Positions 49,736-61,778 of a stretch of 64,000 bases of DNA are shown in pieces. The notes beneath the pieces were generated by a model. It did not search any database. It was given only the letters and a program-made list of their open reading frames with translations, and was not told the DNA's origin. Numbering within the stretch: the first letter of the stretch is position 1; the number at the start of each line of letters is the position of its first letter. The stretch spans positions 23,004,001 through 23,068,000 of the forward strand of contig NC_087436.1 in NCBI RefSeq assembly GCF_036321535.1, written 5' to 3'. Source of the stretch: Camelus dromedarius (Eukaryota). Made by a program: the position numbers and the translations under genes.

Positions 49736-52700
49736 CCAGGAGAATGAACCAGGGGAGAAAATGAACACAGTTCTCATTTCATTTTTTTTACTCTTTTCCT
49801 CCATTTTTCTGAAGTTCTCTGAAAGTTCAAAAATGTGTTTAGCTTCAATTCGCATCCTCATCCCTACCTCTGTTCTTCCCTTCCCGGCAAATAGCCTTGG
49901 TGCAGAGGCAGTGAAATGCACGTAGAAGTCATTTCAGCACTCAAGGGGGAAACGCATAGAACAGATTGCCTGTAGAGTGAAGACTGAAAAGTGTAGAGGG
50001 AAAATCTGGCATTAAAGGATCAGCTTCAGCTTCCAGGAGAAGGAAAAAAGGAAAAACATTCACAAAGGAAATCCAAACTGGTTGCCAGTCTGACGTTTGG
50101 GAGAAAGACATTCTTGTATGTGCATCTTTAATGTTTCTGACATCCCAGCTTTTCTAGCCTCTCACGGCAGCCCCACATCACACAGTGTTTCTCCTCCAGC
50201 TGGTGCAAGGGGTCATTTGCATGCGTGCCTAGATGTCACTCGTCAATTTTTACCTGCATGTGTGATGGCACCAAAACCATACTCTGCCCCTTTGACTCCC
50301 TAAGCCCAGGCTGTGGCTTCTTGGATTGGCTTCAGTGGGGAAAAAAGTTCCTTAGGACCAAAGGAGAACCCAGCTAGAGAAACAGCCCTGTGTGTTTGGA
50401 GACTCCAGACAGGAGCTAGAGAAAGACACAAAAGGAGAAGGCTCTATTACTCCTTTCCAAAAACATTCCACACCATTCCACATCTTCTCAAGAGGGTCTG
50501 AAACCTTCCCTTTGTTTTTCAAGGAAGTTGTTGACACCTGCATCCATTCCCTTCACTGACTCATCACACAAGTCCTCCAGCACTGCCTCTAGATCATTCC
50601 CCGCTTGCCGCTCGTCCCACCTCAAACTAGAAGGAATCAGCCCTCAACCCATGGGGTTGGATGGCGGAGAGAGCTGGGAGCTAGAAAGAGATGTGGCGAT
50701 GGGCAGAATCAAGGTATCCCAGGCCTGCCCCCATACGTCCTGAGGAGCACGTGGCATGATGTGTTTGGCTGGGAGCCCTGGTCTTCAGACCTCACAGAAG
50801 GAAGCAGTACACGTGAGTTGTTATGTAGGCTAATGGGCGAGAACTCGGCCAGTCGAATTGAAACCTGGTGTGGGTGTCCCCTGGGAGACTTGCTATCCAC
50901 TCTGATCCTGTGCCATGTAACTATTGTCTTGAACAAACATGATCTGTGATGTATGCAAAATGCATCTTTATTTTTGCTGCTCTGCCCTAACCGTACTGAG
51001 TGGGTGTGATAGCCCTCTGCCCCAGGATGAAAATTCCAGGAGGAATTTTCTGCTCACCCTTAGGTAACAGTTCCAGCAGTCCCTTTAGGTCCCAGACATA
51101 GACAAAAGGATTGTTCCTCGGCAGGGCCCTTCCCCTTGCCATCCCCGTGGCTCAGGACAGGTGGGCCTCCCTTCATGGCTTCCTCACGAGGCCTCCTGCA
51201 GCCCCTGCGCATCCAGCAGTCCGTTTGCAGCCTCTGTCTGCTGAGGTGCCCTTACCCCTCCCAGAAGAGCCCAAGTTGAGCCCAGTCCTGCTCGCTCCCC
51301 ACGTGGCCACCTCTGGGACACTCAGGCATCGCCTGTCCTGACGGCTCTTTCCAGGACAGCAGCTGTTTCCAGCCTCTGCCCCCACGCAGGCCATCGGCCT
51401 CCTCTCTTCAGGCCCCAGGCAGGCAGGAGACCCAAGTCCACAGTCTGCATTAACTTTTCTAAGGCCTGAGTCAGCTCTCCCTGGGAGTCCCACCCACAGG
51501 GAGCATAGTTCATAATCTCCTTGGTGACGGAGAGGGGAGGGGGTGTTTCCTTTGCAGGAACCCCTCGCTGGACATGGGCTTTGGAGGTAGTAGCCCTTCC
51601 CCACCCCTTTTTCTAGAGGAACGGAATTTAGCATGACAGTCCTCTCTCCACAATCTCATTACCAATTTCCCCACCTTTCTCTCCCTCTCTCCCCTTTTTA
51701 TTGCCTTAAGCTGGGTGATGGGGTCTGGAATCATAAAGGAGGTACCCTCACATCCACTACATCCAGCACTGGGGTGGGGAGCACAGGGGCGTGGAGGTAG
51801 GAGAGGCTGTCTCATGGTCTCACACTTCTTTGCTACCCATAGCTCTTCTGTAGAAACTGAGTCAGGAAAGAGTCCCCTGAGAGCAAAAGAATTAGTTCCT
51901 GGATGTCTTGATGATTTTCACCAGAGGACAATTTCTTGGCTGACATGGCCACTAAACTACAGTCCCTTTTCCGCAAACCTGAATTTAAGTCAACCTTTTG
52001 GGAACAAAAATATGCTCACACTCTTCAAAATGCGCTCATAAGACAAAAATAATTATTAAAGCACAGCTGAAACTACAGCCCAGAAAAAAAGTCATTTTCA
52101 GCAAAAGGTCGTGAACAGCTATCAGTGCAATCAGCAGGGGCTCTCCAGGGACACATACTACACACTCATTATTGGAAAAGCACTACCAGAGAGTTTGTTC
52201 AGAGACTTGTGTGTACTTTCTGGAATGAGTCGCTTTCTCTTCCTTGAGGAACTCGGTATAAACCTCTCTGGAGAGTCTTCATTCCTAAAGACACATTCTC
52301 TTCAAATTAGGCCAGAAATGACATTCGTTCTTGTATATTTTAAGTTCTGTGTTTATTATTTAGGGAGCCATCGAGGAAGCATTCAGAACATCTACATTCA
52401 GAAGTTTTAAATGCCCCTAGGCTTGCTGCCCTGACCGCAACCTGAACTGGGAAACATGAGAGGGAGTGTGTGTATTCAAGACTTGTCCAGGGAACCCGGT
52501 TTTGAACCTCGGGGTCAAGGCAGTGGAGGGGAAACAGGAAGGTTGGCATTAACATCCCATTTCTGTTTCTAATGTACAACTACACTTTGCTCCATTTGCA
52601 AAGCAGCAATATCCGTGTTTTAACGTGACTGCAAAATACACTGGTGCATCCAGAAATATACACCTCTAGAGAAAGCATTGCGGTGTTGATGAGAAAGGAC

Positions 52701-55538
52701 AAGAATGAGTAGCCACGTCTGTGCAGTTTTTTGACTTGCATCAAAGCCTGAACTGGCCAAGTAGCTCCCCTTGGCTGTGGCTAAGCATGCTAGCTGGAAC
52801 TAGCAATGAGAAGGCTCTCCCTTGGTACCCATAAGATTCACATTAGCCCTGGAAAAATGATAGCTCTGATTTGTGAGCATATTCCATTGTGGCAGACAAT
52901 AGAATCAGCCAACCATTTAGGATTTTAAACCCCATTGTCGGCCGCCCTTCAGGAAATATTTTAGCCATGGTGAATTACTTCTATACACAACAAAGCATTT
53001 GCAAATGGTGATACTGCTCTCCACGATCATCTGCGTTATCTCGTGAGGTGCCAGGTCCCTGGAGGAACTTCCTCTCTTTGTTTCGAAGCCTTCCACTCAC
53101 TAGCTCAATGATGGCATCAAGAGATGAACAGCTGTTCTGAAAAGCAAAGATCTATGTGATCAGCACATGCCTTCCTCAGCAAGTGTCCCAGGTGGCAACA
53201 AGCCAATCCACGAGCCACTGGGTTTTTTTGCGATGACATTCCTCCTCGGTTAAAAACACTTGCCAACCTACGAAAGCCCCGTCAGGACCAGACCTAGAGT
53301 TTTCCTGTCTTGTAGGTCTGATGCCTTTGATAAGGGAGTCCTAAGGATCTGCCTATGAGAGAATTAATCAATTTAGACCACAGATATATTGCCTGTGGCA
53401 CACTCAGCCTGGGCATGACACACACCATCCACTCAGAAGAAACTTGTCTTCCTCAAATGAAGTAGCCCAGCCAGCAGACTAAATCCATCCATCACTAGGA
53501 GATTGTCTCATGTTCTGAGTGACTCACTGAGAGCACCACCTCCAGTTTGATCAGTTCCTCCCTGTGCTGTCTCGCTTTTGAAAAGTTTCGAGGCCCAGCA
53601 GCCGTTCCAAAAGTGAGCTGGGGAAAGGGCTGTTGAGCAGACCTGCGCTTTACCAGATATTGATATGCTGAACCTAGATTTCAGCAGGGAAGTGGCAGCC
53701 GATGGCAGGAAACATGATTGGCAGGTCAGCTCTTTTTCAATGTTTGAACAGCATCGAATGCAAATAAGATAATGTTTCTCTTTGCATTTCCATTCTGAAG
53801 CATGTCACGGGGGAGTTCCATCACTCAGAGATTAAGAAAGCAGGAACAGTTAAACATGCCCTTTGGATAACATAAGAATGACTCTGAAAGTTCAGAAAGT
53901 CAGGGTTCCATAAGTCAAAATACTTCAGTGGTTCAGGAAAAAAAAAAAAAAACTGTAACTCCCAGAACATCACTGGAGCAACTTGAGGTAAGATGATACA
54001 GAGGAAGCACCATTAGCCAGAAACAAAAAATTGAGGCATTAGGTCTGATTTGGCCTCCAATGAGCGGTGTGATCTTGGGCCAGTCACTTACCCTCTCTCT
54101 GCACTTTCATTTCCTCAATTGTCAGATGCAGCACTGGTACCAGCTATTCCTTTCTAAGCCCCTTTCCAGTTCCATGACTCCATAATTCAAGTCAGAATCC
54201 CTCTCTTGGTGTTCTTCTGAGTCTCACCAGGAAAGGCTCAGGCAAGACCTTGCATCCTCACTCACAAGCCCTTCCTGATACCCTTCTCCCTCCAGCACCG
54301 CTGAGCCATCCTCACGAGGAAGGCTGTCCTTGCTCTCCCCCACTGCGCGTCCTCTGGGACCGTAGAGGGTCGCTGTGAGACTGCAGCATCTTCTCAGTCT
54401 CTGACACGTCAGATCTTACCTTCACATAAAATGATGGGAGGGAAGACAGGTGGGTGTAGGTGGCCAGAACAGCAGCACAACCCCAGCTCAGATTCATTCT
54501 AGGGTCCCCGTGCTCAGTGGACCCTGCACTCAGACCATCACGGCCTCCTGCTCACGGAAAGCTCTTAAGCAGTAGTCACTTGGTCCTTCTGCAGCCCTGA
54601 GCGTGGATTTAACAGTAACAGCTGTGGTTGATGCCCTCAACAGGCAGACGGCATGTCACGTAAACAAAAATACCATGCAGAGCAACCCTTTTGTATTCTG
54701 TTTTTAGTATTAATGCTAGACGGTGGGCAAACAACGCTTAGAAAAAGGCACTGTGTTTCTTCAGTAGAGAGTGATGTCGGTGTTTGCATGTCTGTATTTA
54801 TGTATTTACCTGTATGTGAATACACAGTTTGATGTTTAATCGCAAGTCTACACGTGTCTTTTGCACGTTCATAATGCTTTTTGTAATATAGTAAGTACCA
54901 CACATGTCATCTCATTTTCTCTTCTCGGGGAGGCAGTATACAACAACATGACACCGTCTCTGTTTCACAAGTGCAGGCGCTGAGGCAGAAGCAGCACTTT
55001 CCGAGTTGTTGCTCTCAGACTAAGGAAGAAAGCCCGTCTCACTGGCCCCCATTTCCGGGTGGGCCACACTCCAGGTGAATCCATCCGTGTATCTGTCACA
55101 TAATTTCAAAGGAAATTAGTGATCATCACCCAGGAATAGCTCCAGTCCATCTAAATATTTTAGAACTAATTCTGTTTTACATGTCACTAAATTATTTAAG
55201 CTTCAGATGTTTTATTAAGGATTTAGTTGAACTGTTCCACAAGTCGAATGCTAAAAAGTGACTTGTTCTCTGTCTTTATGACTCTGAAATGATGATGCAA
55301 AAAAATATTTTGTAAAGAACTTTTAGTTTAATAGTTCGTCTCCATCTGTCATTAAAGCAAAAGGTATAAGAAATCTTGATATCATCTTTCAAGGATTTGA
55401 GGCTGGCTCTCTTCTGGCAGAAAGAAATAAATTCATTGACTGATCATTCTTCCTAAGATCTCAAAGCATACTTCACCCATACTATCTTGTTCTGTCTTCC
55501 TAACAGTCCTGCACAGTAGAAACAAACAGTAACATCCA

Positions 55539-55670
55539 GGGGGAGGGTATAGCTCAGTGGTAGAGTGCATGCCTAGCATGCATGAGGTCCTAGGTTCAAT
55601 CCCCGGTACTCCACTTAATGACAACAATAAAAAATTAAATTAATAAGCCTAATTATTCCCCCCCCAAAAA
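55539..55670 (+). mobile_element. tRNA-derived SINE (camelid Vic-1-like)
   Basis: ggggagggtaTAGCTCAGTGG (A box)...GGTTCAATCC (B box), then an A-rich tail and cctaattattccccccccaaaaa. TSD core taacatcca at 55530-55538 and 55675-55683. Confidence 0.85.
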
Positions 55671-58339
55671 ATAATAACATCCATCAAGTCCCTGCCTCAG
55701 CCCAATTGTCTCTCCAGTATTTCACCACATGGTTAAACTGGTTCCCTATCAAGATATTCCAGAAAAACTCACTTGTTTCAAATCAGTAGTAAATCAATAG
55801 TACAGAGTTAGAAATTGAATCAAAGCCCATATGAGAAGACTTAAAACTCAAGGGCATCAGGAAAACTGGTCTTGGTAAAGGAATCACCTAGAAACTGTGC
55901 AAGATTTCTGTCTCTCCATGACAGTTTGAACCCACAGGTTTATCTCTGCTGCCCCACAAAGTCGCACCAAAGGGTTCATAAAAGGTATAAACCTACATGG
56001 ACACTAAGGACAGAGAAAAGATGGCAGCAAATTTTGGAAGATAAATGAGTGGAAATTCACTTAGTGAAGTGGGGAAAGTTGAAATCTAAGTGCCTTCTAA
56101 GGCAGAAGCCAATGAAAAGCTAGCAGGTTTGCAGTTAACTCAGTGTCTAGGGCACCAGGTACCAGGGAAGGCTGCGAGACGGAGTGGTGCTCACGAGATT
56201 AGGTGACAGACTGGGTTAAGAGCAGTTAGGTCCCCTAGATGGCCTCCCCCATCCAGAGCAGCCCGGTTGTTGCCTCAGGCCCTTTCTAAGGTGTCCTCCC
56301 TAGTTGGCGAGCCCCACTTAATCATAGTGCCTCATGTGCAAATATGAATGGAGGGCAGAGGTGGCTAAATAACTGCAAGAAGCCATGAAATCTGAGAGAG
56401 AGAACATAACAAATAAAACTAAACTCCAAGGAAACCAAGATAATTCAGAGAGCAGAATTCTGTAAATTGTCATTTGTGTCCTTACAGAGATATGGAATAA
56501 TATTGCATCCATGGAAAAGAAACAGATGATAGAAATTTTCCAAGAATGAGAAAGAGCTCTTGGAAATTAAAAAAACAGAGCAGAGTGAAAATTTCCATAG
56601 AAGGAGGGAAAGATAAAATAACTTCGTCTTGTTACACTATGTTCTTGATGTGAAATAAAAATTGAAAAAATTTTAATTTGATTTAAAAATGAAGTTTAAA
56701 AATAAGGAAAAGCAAAAAGGGTCAATTAACATGCCGTTGAAGACTTAATCCATTTATTCATCACACAGTCTGTATTAGCAGCCCTCTCGCAAAACATGCT
56801 TTTTACTCGAGTGAAAAATGACGGCCTCGCATGGCGTACCTGGCTTCAGAAAATGTGTTTGGTACCAAACTTTGTAAGTGTTTCCTTTTTGCATGGTTAT
56901 GTTTGCAACACAACATTTGTGTTGTATTTGCAGTAAGTCAGTGTTTTGTGACTTCAGTTTTTTCAGTGAATGTATTTCTCAGTGGTCAAGCCAATAAGCT
57001 TGAGGTTACCTCTGTTTTTGTCATTCTGTTGCCTTCCACAGGCAAATAGTCACCGTCTCACATTCATTCTGCTTTTTAAATACCTCTCCCTGTGCCGTTT
57101 CCCCCTGCACTGCTGTAATTCGAGACCTCATCATCTCCAACCTTGGTTTTCCCCACGGGCTGTTGGCTGCCGTTTCACTCTCTGTTTCAAGCCTTACCAG
57201 CCTCCAGACTGTCCTCATCCTGCTTCCTAGATAATCCTCTATAGAAACCTCATCCTAGTGCGGTTTTGCTCGAAACATTTTTATCAGCCATGGGTTAAAA
57301 TCTCAAGCTGGCTAATCTAAACAAATCATTAAGCACGTGGCCTCTGCATCTCCCTCCCTGATTTTTTTTGCCTCTCCCAGCTGGCCGGCTTAACACGGAA
57401 GCATTTCTAAGCCGCTGGTGGTTCCAGACACACTGCCTGCCCCCAACTCCTCTCCCTCCAGCTGCCAAGTCATGCATATCCTTCAGGCACATCTCATCTG
57501 CTGTGTTCTCTGAGATGCCTTCTCTGCTGCTCCCCGCAGAATCTGGTGATGCTTCTAGAAACTCTCCTTTCAAACGATTACCTCTGTTACTGTTTCTTGA
57601 GAAAGTGTCTATCACCCCACTAACCTTAGAGGGGTGACTTAAAGCGTGGCTTTTTGACTTCATGTTCCAAAACCCAACACTGTTTATGGCTACAGTCAGA
57701 CTCAGTAACATTAGTTGAATACATGAATGAATATGCTGAATTTTAAAGGAAACCAGCATTAGCACTAGTTAGAAGTGGAAGAGACCGTATTCAACTATAT
57801 CTGTGTGTTCTGTGTGCTTATGAGAAGCATAGGTGTACATTCTGCCAAGGACATTCAAGCTGGACCAAAGCACCCGCAGTTGACCTTCCTATAGCCAGTT
57901 CCTCTGGGACAACACTGTGACCCCACCCCCATGTGACAGGGAGCACAGATGCTAAACTGGTCCCCTGTCAGGAGGCAGGAGGGAGACTAATGCCTTGTAG
58001 AAATGGATTGGTGATTTATTATTTATCATTATTGATATGGGACTACACAGCAGAAACGGGAGATGAGAAGCAGCAGAGGGAGACAAAGTGGCAGAAAATG
58101 CAGCAGAGGGAAATGTGATGGAGAAAAACTCCGAGGCCTGACTGTGCATCCTTTCTGCAAATGCTCTGGGAATGCCGTAAACCCAAGTGCCCAGGAACCC
58201 GTGCAGCTTAAATGAAGCTCCTCATTTTTGGTTTTATACAATCGGCACTACTCTTCTTACTTCATGTGAACTCATGGTGGGTGAAGATGACCCTACTGAG
58301 AGGTAACAGAGGCTTAGGAAAATCAGTTGTCCTTTGCAT

Positions 58340-58520
58340 CGGGTAGATCAGGGCTCAAATCCTGGTTGTTCAGTGACTTAGCTGTGGTCAATGAATTCTC
58401 TCCCTGGGCTTCAATCTCCTTGTCTTTAAAACTGTCCAAACAGAATCCACCTCACAGGTTTGTTGTGAGCAGGAAAGGAATCAGGGCATATCCAGCTGCT
58501 GGTTCGGTGCCTGGCCCTCC
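58340..58520 (+). mobile_element. Degraded MIR
   Basis: gggctcaaatcctgg...cttagctgtgg...ccacctcacaggtttgttgtgag...gtgcctggc. Confidence 0.6.
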
Positions 58521-59302
58521 ATAAATCATAAACACTACCTCCCTCCCTCCCCTGTGCACCACCTCCCCAGGAGAACGCACATTGGAAGGACTCATCACAG
58601 GTACCTTTCGGTGCACTGGAAATGTCTTGGAAAAAATACCTGCAAACCCCCTTTCTCTGGTAGACTCCAAGGCCAGTGGCTCTAGGTTGTACCCTCATTC
58701 ATTTGCCTGTGGAGATGGAAACTCATGTTACCTTGCTCTTCATCAATGACCGGAATTACTTTACTTCCTGAGCCAGAACTGCATGCTCGCTTTTAGTTAC
58801 TTATCTTTTCCATTAATTGATCACTTGAGGACTACTGAGTTATAATCTACGATCTTTATTACCACGGTCTCATATAAAACGACGACTGTCTTTATAGCGC
58901 CATTTACAGAGAAAAACCTCTCAGATTATCAGCATCATCACCAGGCAGCCCATCAGTCAGTCAGTCAACCCACTGGTGTCAGTTCCTAGAAAGTCAGAAT
59001 CACGTCTTTCTACACGTGGCTCCGTGTTGGTTACATTCAGCAGACAGCAGCCCTTGCGGTAATCTTAGAGAGTGTTTTGAGCATACAGACCGACAAACAA
59101 GTGATCTGTGGATAAACTTGTAAGTTCGGATTTGCCAATTCTTGGTGTGCTTTTTGTGTTCATAAGTGAAACCTTGGGGAACAACTCAGGGCAAAACTTT
59201 TGGAAGTACCCATTGATATAAAACTCCAAGTTTTCAGCTCATGGATCCCATACCCCCACAAAAAGAATCCAGTAGGAGACCCTTTAAAATACAGATGTAT
59301 TC

Positions 59303-59433
59303 GGGGTGGGGGTATAGCTCAGGGCTAGAACGTGTGCTTGGCATACACGAGGTCCTGGGTTCAATCCCCAGTGCCTCCGTTAAGGGGGGAAAAAATGAAA
59401 TAAAAGTTTTTAAATATTTTTTAAAAATTAAAA
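59303..59433 (+). mobile_element. tRNA-derived SINE (camelid Vic-1-like), second copy
   Basis: gggggtatagctcagggctagaacg...gaggtcctgggttcaatcccc plus an A-rich tail. Flanking repeat taaaatacaga at 59285-59295 and 59434-59444. Confidence 0.82.
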
Positions 59434-60689
59434 TAAAATACAGAAATATCTAACTCACCGGCTTCATTTGGGGTGGGCCTTACTGCACTTCCTCCTGTGG
59501 AGGGGAAAATTTGCAAGTTAACTTCTAAAGAAAAGAAAATATATTGTGGTTAAGTAAGTGAGCCCAGCTCTCCTCCCCAGCTCCATCCAGGACACAGGAG
59601 TGGTGATCAGCTAGGTCTGGATAAGCCAGAACGCCAGGATGGGGATCTGTTCTTCCTCCTCTCTCTGGAGGCTTCCCAAGGAGCACACACCAGGACACCA
59701 GGGTGAGAAGCAAACCAAGTTCCCTGTGCACACAGCATGCACACATACATGCACGTGGCCTCACACATGTCTACATGCACGCACACATCCACCACCAATC
59801 CCCAGGGCCTTGGTTCCTCACCCAAACCACTAGGAAATAGATCTCTAGGGATTCCCAGAAATTATTCTAGGCCAGGGGAGCAAAGCGATGTCATATGTGA
59901 CTCCTGCCTGCAGATGGGCTGGGTTTGGCCCTGAGAATGTTTCTGATAACGTTCAATGAGTAGGCAGCATTTAAGTATGTCAAGGGTTTCCATAACAATC
60001 TGAATTTCCAACTCAGAAAGTATTGGAAGCAACAGCAATCCTGGATGTCATTCCCTGATGGTGGCTATTGGCTGGATCTGAGTTGTAGCAGCCCCAAGGC
60101 AAGGCGTGCCGTCTGCAGTTCACCACAGCTCTGCAACCCCAAATGTAGGGACGAAGGGACAGTCTTGGGGCAACAGTACTTCCTTCATAGGCACTGCTGT
60201 CTCAGGGACAATCACTGTTTTGAATTGTCCTGTCAGGTCTCATTAAAATAATACCTTTTGGTACATCACCCAGGCCGATCATGTGTGTGCCTATTAAGCA
60301 GCGACATCCACAGTTAACACTCGCCCTGGTAACTGATGTTCACAGCACGGAGGAGTGATGAGTAGATTTGTAGACTAACATTCCATCAGATTTCTTTTTT
60401 TTCAAACATATCTTTCATTTATATAAATGCTTATGCCTTAATCAGAGCTGTCAGCACAAGAGAGTACTGGCTGCACCGAAACTCCTGCTGGGCAGCAGCA
60501 AAGGTGGAATGAATTTTTTAAGGAAAAATTATACCAGAATAATAATGCAGCTGTTATTTAAATGAGTTCATTAGAAAATTGCATTTGAAAGTCCAAGTTT
60601 AAGCAGAAACACAGTGGGTTAAAAAGCTTGTCTTCTCTGTTACCAAGTTGAAGAAAATCTGTGCAGTAGGATAAGCAACCTCTTGCATC

Positions 60690-60905
60690 ATGGGCACACA
60701 CGTGTCGTCTGTAGGAACATGCACGTATGGGCACATACTGCATTCCAAGGCCAGATGTGCACCTGCCTGCACACACAGACACATGCATACACACACATTC
60801 ATACCTGCATGTCGTGTGTCATGTGCAGAGTGCCTCACGCGGTGCTTACACACACATACACGTCTCTGTGTTCAGATGATGCACCTGCACACACGCGCAC
60901 CTGTA
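60690..60905. repeat. Degenerate (CA/TG)-rich alternating purine-pyrimidine tract; a shorter one lies at 59725-59790
   Basis: gcacacacagacacatgcatacacacac...cacacacatacacg...cacacacgcgcac. Confidence 0.75.
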
Positions 60906-61399
60906 TACGACTCAGTACTGTCCACTTTCTGTCACAGTAGTTAACCACTTCTCAGCAGGGATAATTGAAGTTCCTGGTCATGACTCTCAATGTATTACTC
61001 CTAAAAATGAAACTATGGTTCCAGCTTCACTTGTCAGAAAGGGAACCACTCCTCAAACAAACGTGTACATCATTTTGTTTCTTTAAGAGTCCTAAAGGCT
61101 GTCTAATATCTGGGAAGAGGACATGTGCCCCTACATGTAAAGCAGTTCCATGTTTGAGAAATAGTGATTCCTCATACCTGTGCCCTACAATAGAATGACG
61201 CATTATACAGCCAGGTCACAATTGCAGGTGCTTGTGTCCACACTGAGTGTCCCCTTCAGACTGTGACACATCGGGGACATGACTGAATGGGAAAGCTGCT
61301 GGAAAGTGAAATATACAGCAGAGAGAGGTTTTGAAATTTTCTGTCCCTAATTTATACCCCTGAAAATAAGGTGAGTTCTCAGCAGTAGAGCCAAGCCAA

Positions 61400-61575
61400 G
61401 GCCTGGCCCCGCCACCTGCTGCCTGTGTAACCGTGGGCTCAACCTGTCTGCACCTCCATTTCTCACCTGTAAAATGGAGTCATGAGAACACCTACCTCAC
61501 AGGATTAAATGTAATAAAAACTTCTTAGAAAAGCCCCTGGTTCATTAAAAGCATCCAAAAAAAAGTCCTCTTATT
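61400..61575 (+). mobile_element. MIR
   Basis: ctgtgtaaccgtgggc...ctccatttctcacctgtaaaatgg...cctacctcacaggattaaatg. Confidence 0.7.
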
Positions 61576-61637
61576 ATCAGACAGAGGAAGAGGGAGCGGG
61601 AACTCAGACCTTATTAAGTATATACCATGCACCAAGG

Positions 61638-61778
61638 ATTTTTTTGTATATATATTTGTATTAACGTATAGTCAGTTTACAGTGTTGTGTCAATTTCTGG
61701 TGTACAACACAATGCTTCAGTCATACATGAACACACATATATTCGTTTTCATATTCTTTTTCACCGTAAGTAACTACT
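61638..61778 (-). mobile_element. Short L1 3' end (same camelid-type family as 5460-5774)
   Basis: tagtcagtttacagtgttgtgtcaatttctggtgtaca...attcgttttcatattctttttcacc is nearly identical to 5490-5590. Confidence 0.85.

Noticed and set aside
53680..53770. Octamer/ETS/CCAAT motif cluster as an enhancer
   Set aside because: The motifs are short and ATGCAAAT recurs several times in the window, so this cannot be supported from sequence alone.
55539..55615. Genuine tRNA gene (also 59303-59380)
   Set aside because: The A-rich tail, TSDs and a diverged second copy indicate a SINE, and no clean cloverleaf is evident.
60558..60944. His/Thr/Cys-rich ORFs on both strands
   Set aside because: These are translations of a degenerate CA/TG repeat.
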